NCBI GenBank assembly: GCA_050115495.1
Contig: JASFQK010000053.1
Coordinates: forward strand, 1-35,369
Source of the DNA: Phycisphaerae bacterium
GTDB taxonomy: Bacteria > Planctomycetota > Phycisphaerae > UBA1845 > Fen-1342
DNA: 35,369 nt
Direction of reading: 5' to 3'
The notes below the pieces were generated by a model that saw only the letters and a list, made by a program, of their open reading frames with translations, did not search any database and was not told the DNA's origin. How positions within the stretch are numbered: position 1 is the first letter of the stretch; each line of letters begins with the position of its first letter. Positions 1-8,390 of this stretch are shown piece by piece. The position numbers and the translations under genes are program-made.

Positions 1-125
1 GCGGACGCTGAATGGCGCGAAGCTTCTGCCGGACGTGATCGCCAGCGTCCGCTTCATCGACGGAGAAAAACCCGAGAAAGCCGCCGCCTGATCACGACGC
101 CATCAACGACTTTTGACAATAGCTC
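1..125 (+). mobile_element. IS256-family insertion sequence, 3' end (transposase C-terminus plus right terminal repeat), cut by contig edge
   Basis: Frame 2..91 reads RTLNGAKLLPDVIASVRFIDGEKPEKAAA*, resembling IS256 transposase C-termini. It is followed by ...ACTTTTGACAATAGCTC, an IS256-like end. Exact reverse complement of 35245-35369. Confidence 0.85.
2..91 (+). CDS. IS256-family transposase, partial C-terminus
   Basis: Manual translation: RTLNGAKLLPDVIASVRFIDGEKPEKAAA*. Confidence 0.8.
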   Translation, partial: RTLNGAKLLPDVIASVRFIDGEKPEKAAA

Positions 126-1357
126 GACGACAGGTCTATGCGAATCTCGACCGTCGAGGGCATGATCGGATAAGCGATCCGGCAGCGATACGCCTTGAAC
201 TTCTCGCCATCCCAGTTCAGCCGGTCGAATACATACTGGACCATTTCGGCGAAGCTCGGGACATCAGGCGTGGAGAGGGAAGCGGCGCCTTGCCCCACAT
301 AAGTGACGTGTTCCTCGGGCAAGGTTAAGTCGTCCATGACGTATTCGGCGTGGGGATAGGGCAGTTCCGCCCGGTGATCGCTATACACCGTCGATTTAGG
401 CTCCAGATCCGCCCACAGATCTTCTCGCACCAGCAAACAGAAAAGGAGGGATTCAGATGGGACGCGGACCATCGACATCACGCTGGCATGGAGATCATCA
501 GCGGAGCGATAGCGCGGCACGACGTCCTGGGCCCACCAACCGGTGACGCATGTGATTGCGCCTTTATTGCCGACGTCGGGGTTGGTTAATTCCCCCGTGA
601 GATATCCTCCCGCGCTGCGCACTCTGCGCAGTTGCGGCGGAGGCTGGCTGCAAAACCGGGGAATCAAAGCTAGGCCGATTTCTCCATCGTCCTGCGGAGT
701 GATCGACCGCGCCGAAACCGCAAACGGCGTGTCCGCATCATCGGTGATCATGGCGCGTGAGATGGTCAACGGCACGTTGCGGCGCAGCTGTCGCAGATTG
801 ACGTATCCGTCGAGCAAAGCGAGCGAAACCCTGGATGGATCCTCGCCGACCTCCATGAATCCGCAGCGGAGTTGCGTGGTCGCCTGCAGGCCCCACAAGT
901 GACGGTTCGCTCGAAAAGCGGCGCGGCGCTGCTGCAGGTTGAACTGACCGGCGTCGTCATTCCCCAACAGCGCGCTGAGCATTGAGTTGAAAGTGTTCCT
1001 GTCGCCCGCATGTATTTGGACGAGCCGGTCGAATTCGACCACGGCCGATTCGATGGCTTTCAGGAGCTCGTTTCGCACTCCGATGCGCGACGCGGCCTTG
1101 AGGAAATTCCGGATGTATGCGGCGCCTGGAACATGCGGGGCGGCAGCCAGTGGGCTGGTTGCGTGGGCAACCCTGAAGAGCCGCCAACTCAGGTTCATAT
1201 CTATTCCGGCGACCCTCTGCAGATCGGTGGCGCGGCTGATATTACCGGGCATATCGGCAATGGCGTTCGAGAAGGCGGCGCGCAGGCGGCCGAGGACGTC
1301 GACGGCATGCTCATCGAAAGGCCGCGAGTCGACCTTGGATTCTCGTATTTTCATCAT
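92..1357 (-). CDS. Uncharacterised ~400-aa family protein R1, putative HTH transcription regulator; last residues replaced by IS sequence
   Basis: AAGGA RBS before ATG. Family motifs RATDLQRVAGIDMNLSWRLF, HAGDR, WGLQA, FCSQP, RLNWD..KFKAYRCRIAYP shared with five paralogs. The tail SYCQKSLMAS is encoded by the IS end. Confidence 0.85.
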   Translation of the reverse strand: MMKIRESKVDSRPFDEHAVDVLGRLRAAFSNAIADMPGNISRATDLQRVAGIDMNLSWRLFRVAHATSPLAAAPHVPGAAYIRNFLKAASRIGVRNELLKAIESAVVEFDRLVQIHAGDRNTFNSMLSALLGNDDAGQFNLQQRRAAFRANRHLWGLQATTQLRCGFMEVGEDPSRVSLALLDGYVNLRQLRRNVPLTISRAMITDDADTPFAVSARSITPQDDGEIGLALIPRFCSQPPPQLRRVRSAGGYLTGELTNPDVGNKGAITCVTGWWAQDVVPRYRSADDLHASVMSMVRVPSESLLFCLLVREDLWADLEPKSTVYSDHRAELPYPHAEYVMDDLTLPEEHVTYVGQGAASLSTPDVPSFAEMVQYVFDRLNWDGEKFKAYRCRIAYPIMPSTVEIRIDLSSSYCQKSLMAS

Positions 1358-1374
1358 AGTTCATCCTTTACGTG

Positions 1375-1402
1375 ATTATGTGGGATTTCGCGTCTCGATC
1401 AA
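1375..1402 (-). promoter_or_regulatory. Putative sigma70 promoter for R1 (TTGATC-16-CATAAT)
   Basis: -35 at 1402-1397 and -10 at 1380-1375 on the minus strand, just upstream of the RBS. Confidence 0.45.
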
Positions 1403-1459
1403 GAGTGGATCTCGACAAAACTCTGAAAAAATTTCAGTACAAAATTCTGTGCAAAACCA

Positions 1460-1488
1460 TTGACCGCGACATGTCGATCAAATAGACT
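1460..1488 (+). promoter_or_regulatory. Putative sigma70 promoter for cargo gene 1 (TTGACC-17-TAGACT)
   Basis: Near-consensus hexamers with 17-nt spacer in an AT-rich intergenic region; palindrome CTGAAA-aaa-TTTCAG at 1423-1437. Confidence 0.65.
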
Positions 1489-1494
1489 GACTCC

Positions 1495-1620
1495 ATGGCT
1501 CGGAAAGCTCATTTCAACCTGTGGCGAGACGTAAAGGGCATGGTGCCCATCCAACACGAGGCAGGCGCAAGGGGACATCTGATCTCGTGTTGCGCGTCTT
1601 GCTGAGCTATCTGGAGCCGT
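1495..1620 (+). other. Candidate structured 5' leader RNA of cargo gene 1
   Basis: Nested stems 1495-1501/1614-1620, 1506-1511/1603-1608, 1524-1531/1595-1602, 1552-1560/1584-1592 and hairpin 1536-1548. Confidence 0.5.
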
Positions 1621-1699
1621 TTGGTGGAAGGGCGAAACGTCGATCTTGGTTTGTTCCCCGTACAGCCGGGAACGCTCGCTGGAAGGAGGCCTCTCGATC

Positions 1700-4027
1700 A
1701 TGCGAACATCATTGTTACTAAAGTGTCTGACCGCGGCCTGTCTGCTGGCCATCACGCCGCTTCTGTCGGCGGATGGACCGATGGATCCTCAGAGGGGCAC
1801 GCCATGGAATGACGACTGCAGTGCGGTCACTCCGGACCTGCTGGTCGCCAGCGGCGAGTTGATTTATCAAGGCGACAACACCGGAGCAACGTCCGATTGC
1901 TCGCTTTACGATGCTCCGGAGGTATGGCACGCGTTTACGATTGCGGAATGCATGGACGTGACGGTGGATTTCTGCGGCACGACACCGGCCTTCCCCCCTG
2001 GGCTTACCTCCCTGGTCGACGGTTGTCCGTGCAGCAGTGGTGTAGGATCCACGATGTATGATCGCGTCACCTGCGGTGACGGCAACACGACCCTCTACTT
2101 TTTCCGTCTTGAACCGGGCACTTATTATGTTCCGGTTCGGAGCCTCGCCTCCGAACAGCACCCGTACACGTTGACCATCCACGGAGAGGCTTGTCCCCCC
2201 ATACCGGTGAACGATGATTGCGGTAATGTCACTCCGGTCGACTTGAATCTCGGGGACGTCCTGACGTTCACCGGCACTACGTTAGGCGCGACGCAGACTT
2301 GCGATTGGACGGCTTGGCCGGGAGACGTCTGGGACGCGATCGTCACGACTGAACCGCTGGACATCACAATTGACTACTGCGACACGGATCCCGCGTTCGG
2401 TTACGTCGGCGACGCGTTGTTTCAGAGTTGTCCGTGCGACGGCGACAGTCGATTTCTGGCGGGATTGCGGGAATACGATTCCTGCAGCAACGGTAACGGG
2501 CGGATCCACTATTACAACGTGCCGGCGGGGACATGGTACATCCCCACATATTCGGGATTGCACGCGCTTGGGCTGTACGTCATGCACGTCAGCGCAACGG
2601 CGCCGACGGAGGTTCCTGAATGTCCGGAGGATTCGATATATTCGCAGAAACCGGAACCCACGGGAACGATGGTCACGGCGCCCACCAGCGCACATACAGA
2701 CTCGTTTGAATACCTGTGTCAGGACCGTTTCTCGAATCTCACGCACAGGATCGGATCCGTTAGCTGGTGGGGGTTCAATCTGCATTTCGACGGGGACTGG
2801 TACGAGTGTGATCCGTCCGGTGTGAACTTCAACGTGATTTTCTACGCCGATGACAACGGCATGCCCGGAGACCCGTTGTTCACGTTCAGCGATTTAACAC
2901 CGACGGTGACTCCAACTGACCTGTATTATGAGGACATGCGCCTGTACTACTTCGAGATCGCGGCGTTGCCGGAATGCGCATTCGTGGAGAATGGCTGGCT
3001 GTCGATTCAGAGTCAGCCGAATCCGAACGACTGCGCGTTTCTGTGGCTCGGTTCGTGGGTCGGCGACGGCTTCTCGTTGCAGAACGGCGGTACGTTGGGG
3101 ATCGATCTCGCCTACTGCCTGGGCGAGGGCGGTTGTCCAGTAATCCTTGGGGCCTGCTGTGACGAGTTGACCGGCATTTGCGTCGACTACGTCCCTTGGG
3201 ACGATTGCCTGGGCTGGGGACAGCAATTCACGATGGACACGCTCTGCGCCGAGCTTGATCCGGCGTGCGGCACGAGCACCGGCGCATGCTGCCACAACAG
3301 CGGGGATTGCGAGATCGTCACATTCAACGAGTGCGAGGCGTTGGACGGGACGTGGCTCGGCGCCGACACAACTTGCGACGAGTGTCCAACATACTGCAAT
3401 GCCGGCTCTTACAACTGCGCCGAGCATATCAGTTATGTGAAGTTGGGGGATGTGGACAACGCCTCCGGGTGCGGTTTGGACAGCGGCGGCATCCGCGGCT
3501 ATTCGAATTACACCAACATCACGTTCGACATGATTGCCGGTCAGAGCTATCAGTTCTCGGTTGCGAACGGTAGCGCGGATCAACCGGGTGACACCTGCCG
3601 GGCCTGGATCGACTGGAACCGCAATTACAGTTTTGATGACGCCGGGGAGGCGGTCATTATGACCGACTCGCCAGGCGTGGGGCCGTATACCGTGACGATC
3701 ACGCCGCCCTTGGACGCGGTGGGACTGACCCGAATGCGCGTTCGTATCGTGCGGTATGCCCCGGACGACGCTTGCAGGAGCTCCTACTTCGGCGAGGTGG
3801 AAGACTACACGATCGTCGTGACGCCGGGCCTGCATCCCGGCGATCTGAACTGCGACGGCGCCGTGAACAACTTCGACATCAGCCCGTTCGTGCTGGCGAT
3901 CACTGACGCGGCGGGCTATGCAGCGGCGTATCCGGAGTGCAATGTCCTCAACGCCGACTGCAATGGCGACGGCGAAGTAAACAACTTCGACATCGGCCCG
4001 TTCGTCGCCCTGATTACGGGCGGCTAG
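1700..4027 (+). CDS. Secreted Cys-rich multidomain protein with GEVED domain and C-terminal dockerin-like domain
   Basis: AAGGAGG RBS before ATG 1700; signal peptide; two NDDC-starting repeats; GACC Cys modules; WIDWN...TRMRVR...GEVEDY; duplicated Ca-loop GDLNCDGAVNNFDI / [14 protein letters not shown]. Confidence 0.85.
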   Translation: MRTSLLLKCLTAACLLAITPLLSADGPMDPQRGTPWNDDCSAVTPDLLVASGELIYQGDNTGATSDCSLYDAPEVWHAFTIAECMDVTVDFCGTTPAFPPGLTSLVDGCPCSSGVGSTMYDRVTCGDGNTTLYFFRLEPGTYYVPVRSLASEQHPYTLTIHGEACPPIPVNDDCGNVTPVDLNLGDVLTFTGTTLGATQTCDWTAWPGDVWDAIVTTEPLDITIDYCDTDPAFGYVGDALFQSCPCDGDSRFLAGLREYDSCSNGNGRIHYYNVPAGTWYIPTYSGLHALGLYVMHVSATAPTEVPECPEDSIYSQKPEPTGTMVTAPTSAHTDSFEYLCQDRFSNLTHRIGSVSWWGFNLHFDGDWYECDPSGVNFNVIFYADDNGMPGDPLFTFSDLTPTVTPTDLYYEDMRLYYFEIAALPECAFVENGWLSIQSQPNPNDCAFLWLGSWVGDGFSLQNGGTLGIDLAYCLGEGGCPVILGACCDELTGICVDYVPWDDCLGWGQQFTMDTLCAELDPACGTSTGACCHNSGDCEIVTFNECEALDGTWLGADTTCDECPTYCNAGSYNCAEHISYVKLGDVDNASGCGLDSGGIRGYSNYTNITFDMIAGQSYQFSVANGSADQPGDTCRAWIDWNRNYSFDDAGEAVIMTDSPGVGPYTVTITPPLDAVGLTRMRVRIVRYAPDDACRSSYFGEVEDYTIVVTPGLHPGDLNCDGAVNNFDISPFVLAITDAAGYAAAYPECNVLNADCNGDGEVNNFDIGPFVALITGG

Positions 4028-4057
4028 TCAGCGCTTGACCACGACACCTTGAAGTGT

Positions 4058-4174
4058 CCCCTCCTCCATATCGCCCGTGCGAGGTTCATGCCACGTACGG
4101 GCGACTTGTTTTGGCGCTCCGACGTGGCAGTCCCCCCGGCGGCGCGTTGCGGCCGGACCAGGCGTTTCTCGAAG
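4058..4174. repeat. 117-bp direct repeat, copy 1 (copy 2 at 7047-7163): terminator hairpin plus remnant of the MGMT-like gene 3' end
   Basis: About 8 mismatches in 117 nt by manual alignment; minus frame FEKRLVRPQRAAGG matches FEKHLVRPQRAAGG. Confidence 0.9.
4071..4112 (+). terminator. Rho-independent terminator after cargo gene 1
   Basis: Stem TCGCCCGTGCG/CGTACGGGCGA followed by TTGTTTT. Confidence 0.6.
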
Positions 4175-4365
4175 GCGATTGTAGGGCGGGCCGCGTCCGC
4201 CGAACGTCCACACGTCAAGACAATGCCGACTCGACGTGGGGCGCCCGGGCGGATAGAACCGGCTCACCTCCTGCTGAGCAGTTGGCGGACACGGCCCGCC
4301 CTACCCGCTGGTTTCCCGGTATTCCGCGAAGAACCGTTCTTGCGGATGGCGGAAGCGGCGTGTCG

Positions 4366-5577
4366 CTAGTCGCGTAACGGGTGAGTCAGACGCACTTCGC
4401 TCAGCATGATGGGGTATTCCAGGCGAAGGCGGTAGACGTCGAATCGCCCAGGATCCCAGCCGAGACGGTCGAACACGTGCGCCGTCATCTCCGCATACCG
4501 TGGGATCTCCGGCGTATGCAGCAGGCCACTGGCTCGGCCGAGATGCCGAACCGCCTCCCGCACGGGCACGTGGTCGCTCTTCTTCCGTGGGCCGTCAACC
4601 AAACCGCCATACACCGCCACCGTGTGCTCCAGCGGCCCGAACAGCTCATGGTCAATGAAATGATCGGCAATGAGCAGTTCCGACGGCGTGTGAATCCGCA
4701 CCACGTACGTAATACCTGTTTCGCCCCCACTTTGGCGAATGGGACCGCAACGCCGCATCACCTCCCCCGTAACACAACTGACCGCCCCAGTCCGGCCCAC
4801 GGGACCGGGCAGCAGTTCCCATTGGAGGGTACGGTCGCTCCGGTTGCACTCGATCCTTGGCCGCGGCGAACTCATAAACAACTCGGCGGTCGCCTCGTCC
4901 GGGTTCTCCACGTTGTAAATAGGCTCGATCGTGTACGCTGGAATCTCACCCCCCGCATCAGTCGTACACGTCGCCTTGCCCAACGGCCAACGCACGTCGG
5001 GACGCAGACGCTGCAAGCCGATCAGGCCGCCCAGCCTGGTGATGTCCAGTTGGCCGGACCTCTCTGAGAACCCCGTGAACGACGTCCGAAACTGCGTTTC
5101 CGCCGACGCGCCCCAGATGTAGCTATTGGCCTCAAACGCCAGGCGGCGGTGCACCACGTCGATCTCCGCCCGGCCTTCATGCGACTGCGCTGCCAGCAGC
5201 ATGTCGAGGCGCTTGCGGTTGCCGGCGTGCACGCGCTGGAGCTTTTGGTAGTCCGATAAGGCGGCTGTGGCCGTGTCGGTCAGAGCAGCGGGCACCCCCT
5301 GTTTCTGGGCCGCCCGCAGGAAGATCTTCGCGCCGCTGGTCCCCGGCACGTACCGGGCGGCCGCGAACGGATCCGAGCACCGAATGACGTTGAAGATCCG
5401 CCAACCCAGCCCCTTGTCGATCTGGAGCGCCTGGTGCAGTTCGCACGCCCGCGTGATGCGTTGAGGCAGGGCCCGAACGATCTCCGTGAAAGCCCCGCGG
5501 ACCCGTGCGATCGTCTCCGTGGTCTGCTCCTCGAAGGGGACCGCGGCTTCTTTAATGGTGGGCGTCTGTCTCAACAT
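4366..5577 (-). CDS. Uncharacterised family protein R2, putative HTH regulator, probably leaderless
   Basis: Motifs RACELHQALQIDKGLGWRIF, HAGNR, WGASA, RLGWDPGRFDVYRLRLEYP. Start set at ATG 5577, which lies 6 nt below a -10 box. Confidence 0.85.
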   Translation of the reverse strand: MLRQTPTIKEAAVPFEEQTTETIARVRGAFTEIVRALPQRITRACELHQALQIDKGLGWRIFNVIRCSDPFAAARYVPGTSGAKIFLRAAQKQGVPAALTDTATAALSDYQKLQRVHAGNRKRLDMLLAAQSHEGRAEIDVVHRRLAFEANSYIWGASAETQFRTSFTGFSERSGQLDITRLGGLIGLQRLRPDVRWPLGKATCTTDAGGEIPAYTIEPIYNVENPDEATAELFMSSPRPRIECNRSDRTLQWELLPGPVGRTGAVSCVTGEVMRRCGPIRQSGGETGITYVVRIHTPSELLIADHFIDHELFGPLEHTVAVYGGLVDGPRKKSDHVPVREAVRHLGRASGLLHTPEIPRYAEMTAHVFDRLGWDPGRFDVYRLRLEYPIMLSEVRLTHPLRD

Positions 5578-5583
5578 ACAGGA

Positions 5584-5612
5584 AGGATAAGGCCGTTCGC
5601 TCGCAATTTCAA
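5584..5612 (-). promoter_or_regulatory. Putative promoter for R2 (TTGAAA-17-TATCCT-6-ATG)
   Basis: -35 at 5612-5607, -10 at 5589-5584, ATG at 5577; no SD. Confidence 0.65.
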
Positions 5613-5631
5613 TGGATGTTTTAAAAAACGA

Positions 5632-5660
5632 TTGACAAAGACATCCGTTAGAACTATGGT
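5632..5660 (+). promoter_or_regulatory. Putative promoter for cargo gene 2 (TTGACA-17-TATGGT)
   Basis: Consensus -35 with 17-nt spacer; flanked by inverted GGATGT (5614-5619) / ACATCC (5641-5646). Confidence 0.7.
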
Positions 5661-5793
5661 AGATTTCACGTTGCTGGCCGCATGCCTCGACCACCGTCGA
5701 GCGCTGGTAACCTGGAGGAGTCGAGAAGGGCTAGCTTGTGTGGCTGGGAGGCCAGCCACTTGGTCAGGAGGCTGGGGGAACGAGGAGAAACGA

Positions 5794-6825
5794 ATGAGGC
5801 ATTTCCGAGTATTTCTGGCACTTGCGGTAGCCGCCGCCTGCATTAGCAGCGCGTCGGCGGAAGTGGCTGTTGCCACGGTCACCGTCGGCAACGCAGGGAA
5901 CGCCGGTGAATTGTCCGGATCCGGCGCCGGCGGCTACGGGCCGGACGGCATCTGCGGGGCGGTGGACTACGTGTACAGCATTGGCAAGCATGAAGTGACC
6001 GCCGGGCAGTACACGGAGTTCCTCAATGCCGTGGCGGCTACGGACGCGTATGGCCTGTACAACGTGTCCATGGAGACGCACCTTTACGGCTGCCAGATCA
6101 TGCGGACTGGCTCACCGGGCAGCTACACCTACAGCGTGGAGGAGGACTGGGCGAACCGCCCCGTGAACTTCGTGTCTTGGGGTGACGCAGCGCGTTTCAG
6201 CAACTGGCTGCACAATGGCCAACCGGTGGGATCGCAGGGGCTGGACACGACCGAGGACGGGGCATACTACCTCAACGGAGCGGTAACGGACACTGCGCTA
6301 ATGACCGTCAGGCGCGAAGCGGACTGGACTTGGGCGATTTCCACCGAGGACGAGTGGTACAAGGCGGCGTACCACAAGAACGACGGTGTGACGGGCAACT
6401 ACTTCGACTATCCGACCAGCAGCGACACCGCGCCGAGCAACCTTCTGATCGATCCCGACCCAGGCAACAACGCGACGTGCAAGGAGAACGGTGAGTACAC
6501 CATCGGCGAGCCGTATTACCGCACAGAGGTCGGTGCACACGAAAACTCCGACAGCCCGTACGGCACGTTTGATCAGGGCGGAAACGTGTGGGAGTGGAAC
6601 GAGACGATCGTGTCGAGTTGGGGGGTGGAAGAACGCGGCTTGCGGGGTGCGTCGTTCGACGAGCTCAGCGGCTGGCTGGCCGCGTCGTGCCGCTTCAGCT
6701 GCTACGCGACGAACGAGACCGAATGCCTCGGGTTCCGTGTCGCGGCGGTTCCTGAGCCAACTTCCCTAGCGCTACTGCTGTGTAGTATGGGAATGTTTGC
6801 CAGGCGAAGGGCGTTGCGAAGGTAG
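5794..6825 (+). CDS. FGE-sulfatase (SUMF1/EgtB/PvdO-like) domain protein with PEP-CTERM tail
   Basis: GAGGAG RBS; signal peptide; EVT..QY..FLNAVA, RPVNFVSWGDAARF.NWLHNGQ, EDEWYKAAY, GTFDQGGNVWEW, GFRV; tail VPEPTSLALLL...RRR. Confidence 0.9.
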   Translation: MRHFRVFLALAVAAACISSASAEVAVATVTVGNAGNAGELSGSGAGGYGPDGICGAVDYVYSIGKHEVTAGQYTEFLNAVAATDAYGLYNVSMETHLYGCQIMRTGSPGSYTYSVEEDWANRPVNFVSWGDAARFSNWLHNGQPVGSQGLDTTEDGAYYLNGAVTDTALMTVRREADWTWAISTEDEWYKAAYHKNDGVTGNYFDYPTSSDTAPSNLLIDPDPGNNATCKENGEYTIGEPYYRTEVGAHENSDSPYGTFDQGGNVWEWNETIVSSWGVEERGLRGASFDELSGWLAASCRFSCYATNETECLGFRVAAVPEPTSLALLLCSMGMFARRRALRR

Positions 6826-6888
6826 GTTCTTGCCCTTTGTCCCTCTCACTGTTTATTCTTCGCCGCCGAAGGAACCCATGGAGAGGGC

Positions 6889-6920
6889 CTGGGGGAAACC
6901 GTGGAGCCGGTTTCCCCCAG
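6889..6920. repeat. Perfect 12-bp inverted repeat (REP-like hairpin)
   Basis: CTGGGGGAAACC-8-GGTTTCCCCCAG. Confidence 0.6.
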
Positions 6921-6947
6921 AATCGACCCACGAATTCTGCTGAGGAG

Positions 6948-7022
6948 GCCGTTCTCGAAGCGTCTTCGCTTGGTCTCCTGGCGCTGGCCGGCCTAGGCCT
7001 GCTTCGTCGATGGTACTCATGA
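6948..7022 (+). pseudogene. Orphan, degenerate PEP-CTERM tail remnant
   Basis: Reads AVLEASSLGLLALAGLGLLRRWYS*, resembling a decayed VPEPSSL..hydrophobic..RR tail with no recognisable upstream domain. Confidence 0.55.
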
Positions 7023-7024
7023 TC

Positions 7025-7622
7025 TCATCGGGACGCACTAGAGCATCCCCTCCTCCAAGTCGCCTGTGCGAGGTTCATGCCACGCACGGGCGACTTGTTT
7101 TCGCGCTCCGACGTGGCAATCCCCCCGGCGGCGCGTTGCGGCCGGACTAGGTGTTTCTCGAAGTCTTCGACGGTAGGGGGCTGGCGGCCTTTGCCCGCGC
7201 GGATCGTCAGCCCCTCCTCGCGAAGACGGGCGGCCTGGGCCCGCACACCACCGGGGAAACGCTCGTTCAGCTTTCCGCCATCCTTGACGGTCCGCCAGTA
7301 CGGCGTGATACGCTTCCTGCCCGCCCGACGCGCCTCTTCGGCCGCCTCGGCGGCGATGAGGATGAACATCCCCGTGGTCATCGGACAGGCGCTGTCCGCT
7401 CCGGCCATGCGGGCCAGCTCGTCGCGGATCTGGGCGGCGGTGATGAGCCGCCCCTTCCGCGGCCGCCGCATGACCGCCACCACGTCCCGCGGCCGCGGAA
7501 TGAGCATCGTCCCCGTGCCGAACCGCTTCCGCATCCGCGGCGGAACCGGCACGATCTTGCCGTGGTTTGGGTGCTCCTGCTCAATCTTCTGCTGCCAGGT
7601 GACACCTTCCCGCAGCTTCCAT
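7025..7622 (-). CDS. MGMT/ATL-like (methylated-DNA-protein-cysteine methyltransferase DNA-binding family) protein; apparent +1 frameshift right after ATG
   Basis: ACPMTTGMF and ITPYWRTVKDGGKLNERFPGG motifs. The in-frame upstream KLREGVTWQQKIEQEHPNHGKIVP lacks a start codon; ATG 7622 is one base out of frame. Confidence 0.7.
7047..7163. repeat. 117-bp direct repeat, copy 2 (includes terminator hairpin at about 7060-7101)
   Basis: Matches 4058-4174; the stem is preserved despite substitutions. Confidence 0.9.
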
Positions 7623-7871
7623 TTCGGTCTCGCCCTCGCTCCGCTCGCTCTCTGAGATGTGGGTCAGCCTTGGGCGGCTTGGGCATCCGGGCTTGTTCAT
7701 CCGTCCCGGTTGGCTTGGGCGTCCGAACTCGTGAATCAACGTCGGGTGGGTCCGGCGTCCCGCCCGACATTCCTTCAATCCGCCCGGCGCATAGCTTACT
7801 CTCCAATCCCGCCGGCGTGCTTGATCGTTTTTGCGGATTGGGGGGGACTGCTCGCGCGGTTCCCCCTCGCC

Positions 7872-7899
7872 TTGTCCCCCCGCCCCGCCGCCGTACAAT
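7872..7899 (+). promoter_or_regulatory. Putative promoter of riboswitch-crcB operon (TTGTCC-16-TACAAT)
   Basis: -10 box ends 6 nt before the riboswitch 5' end. Confidence 0.6.
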
Positions 7900-7905
7900 G
7901 CCGCC

Positions 7906-7960
7906 GGCGATGGAGTCCGCCTTGAACCGCCCCTCGGCCCGGGACTGATGACGCCTACCT
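7906..7960 (+). ncRNA. Fluoride riboswitch (crcB motif)
   Basis: GGCGATGGAGTCCGCC...AACCGC...CTGATGACGCCTAC matches the fluoride riboswitch consensus and lies directly upstream of crcB. Confidence 0.93.
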
Positions 7961-8002
7961 GACCGCGATACCGGCGCCGACTGCTCACAGGTAGGAGTAA
8001 CC

Positions 8003-8386
8003 GTGCCCAAGCTGCTGCTGCTCTTCATCGGGTCCGGAACCGGCGGTGTGCTCCGCTATGCGATCAGCGGATGGACGCAACGCCTCGCCGACGGCTCGTT
8101 CCCCATCGGTACGCTCATCGTCAACGTCACCGGCTGCCTGCTCATCGGCTTCCTGACGCCCGCCCTCTCCGGACGCCTGCTCGTGCCGGAGGAGTACCGC
8201 GTGGCGATCCTCGTCGGCCTGCTCGGCGGCTACACGACGTTCTCGACGTTCAGTCTCGAAACGCTCGCCCTGCTCAACGACGGGCAGATCTGGCGGGCAA
8301 TGCTCAACGTGACCGCCAGCGTGATACTCGGCCTCGCGGCGGCCTGGGCCGGCTACCGCATCGCCGAAAACTGGCTGGGAGTGTGA
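8003..8386 (+). CDS. crcB: Fluoride efflux channel Fluc/CrcB
   Basis: AGGAG RBS and GTG start; G.GGVLRY, FPIGTLIVNVTGC and GLLGGYTTFSTFSLE motifs; 127 aa. Confidence 0.96.
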   Translation: MPKLLLLFIGSGTGGVLRYAISGWTQRLADGSFPIGTLIVNVTGCLLIGFLTPALSGRLLVPEEYRVAILVGLLGGYTTFSTFSLETLALLNDGQIWRAMLNVTASVILGLAAAWAGYRIAENWLGV

Positions 8387-8390
8387 CGAC

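Noticed and set aside
1495..1620. Known riboswitch classes (cobalamin, TPP, SAM, c-di-GMP) in the cargo leaders
   Set aside because: Their conserved core sequences were not found by eye; left as unclassified structures pending an Rfam scan.
4024..4218. 64-aa ORF as a real gene
   Set aside because: It is the duplicated MGMT tail and terminator repeat read in frame, with no SD or independent domain.
5434..5793. Long N-terminal extensions in the ORF track (also 5578-5694, 10174-10659, 15738-15947, 22843-23079, 27486-27614)
   Set aside because: They overlap promoters, leaders or repeats; SD position, signal peptides and paralog alignment support the downstream starts.
5794..6825. Catalytically active formylglycine-generating enzyme
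   Set aside because: The FGE catalytic Cys motif is not evident; the exported PEP-CTERM subfamily shares the fold only.
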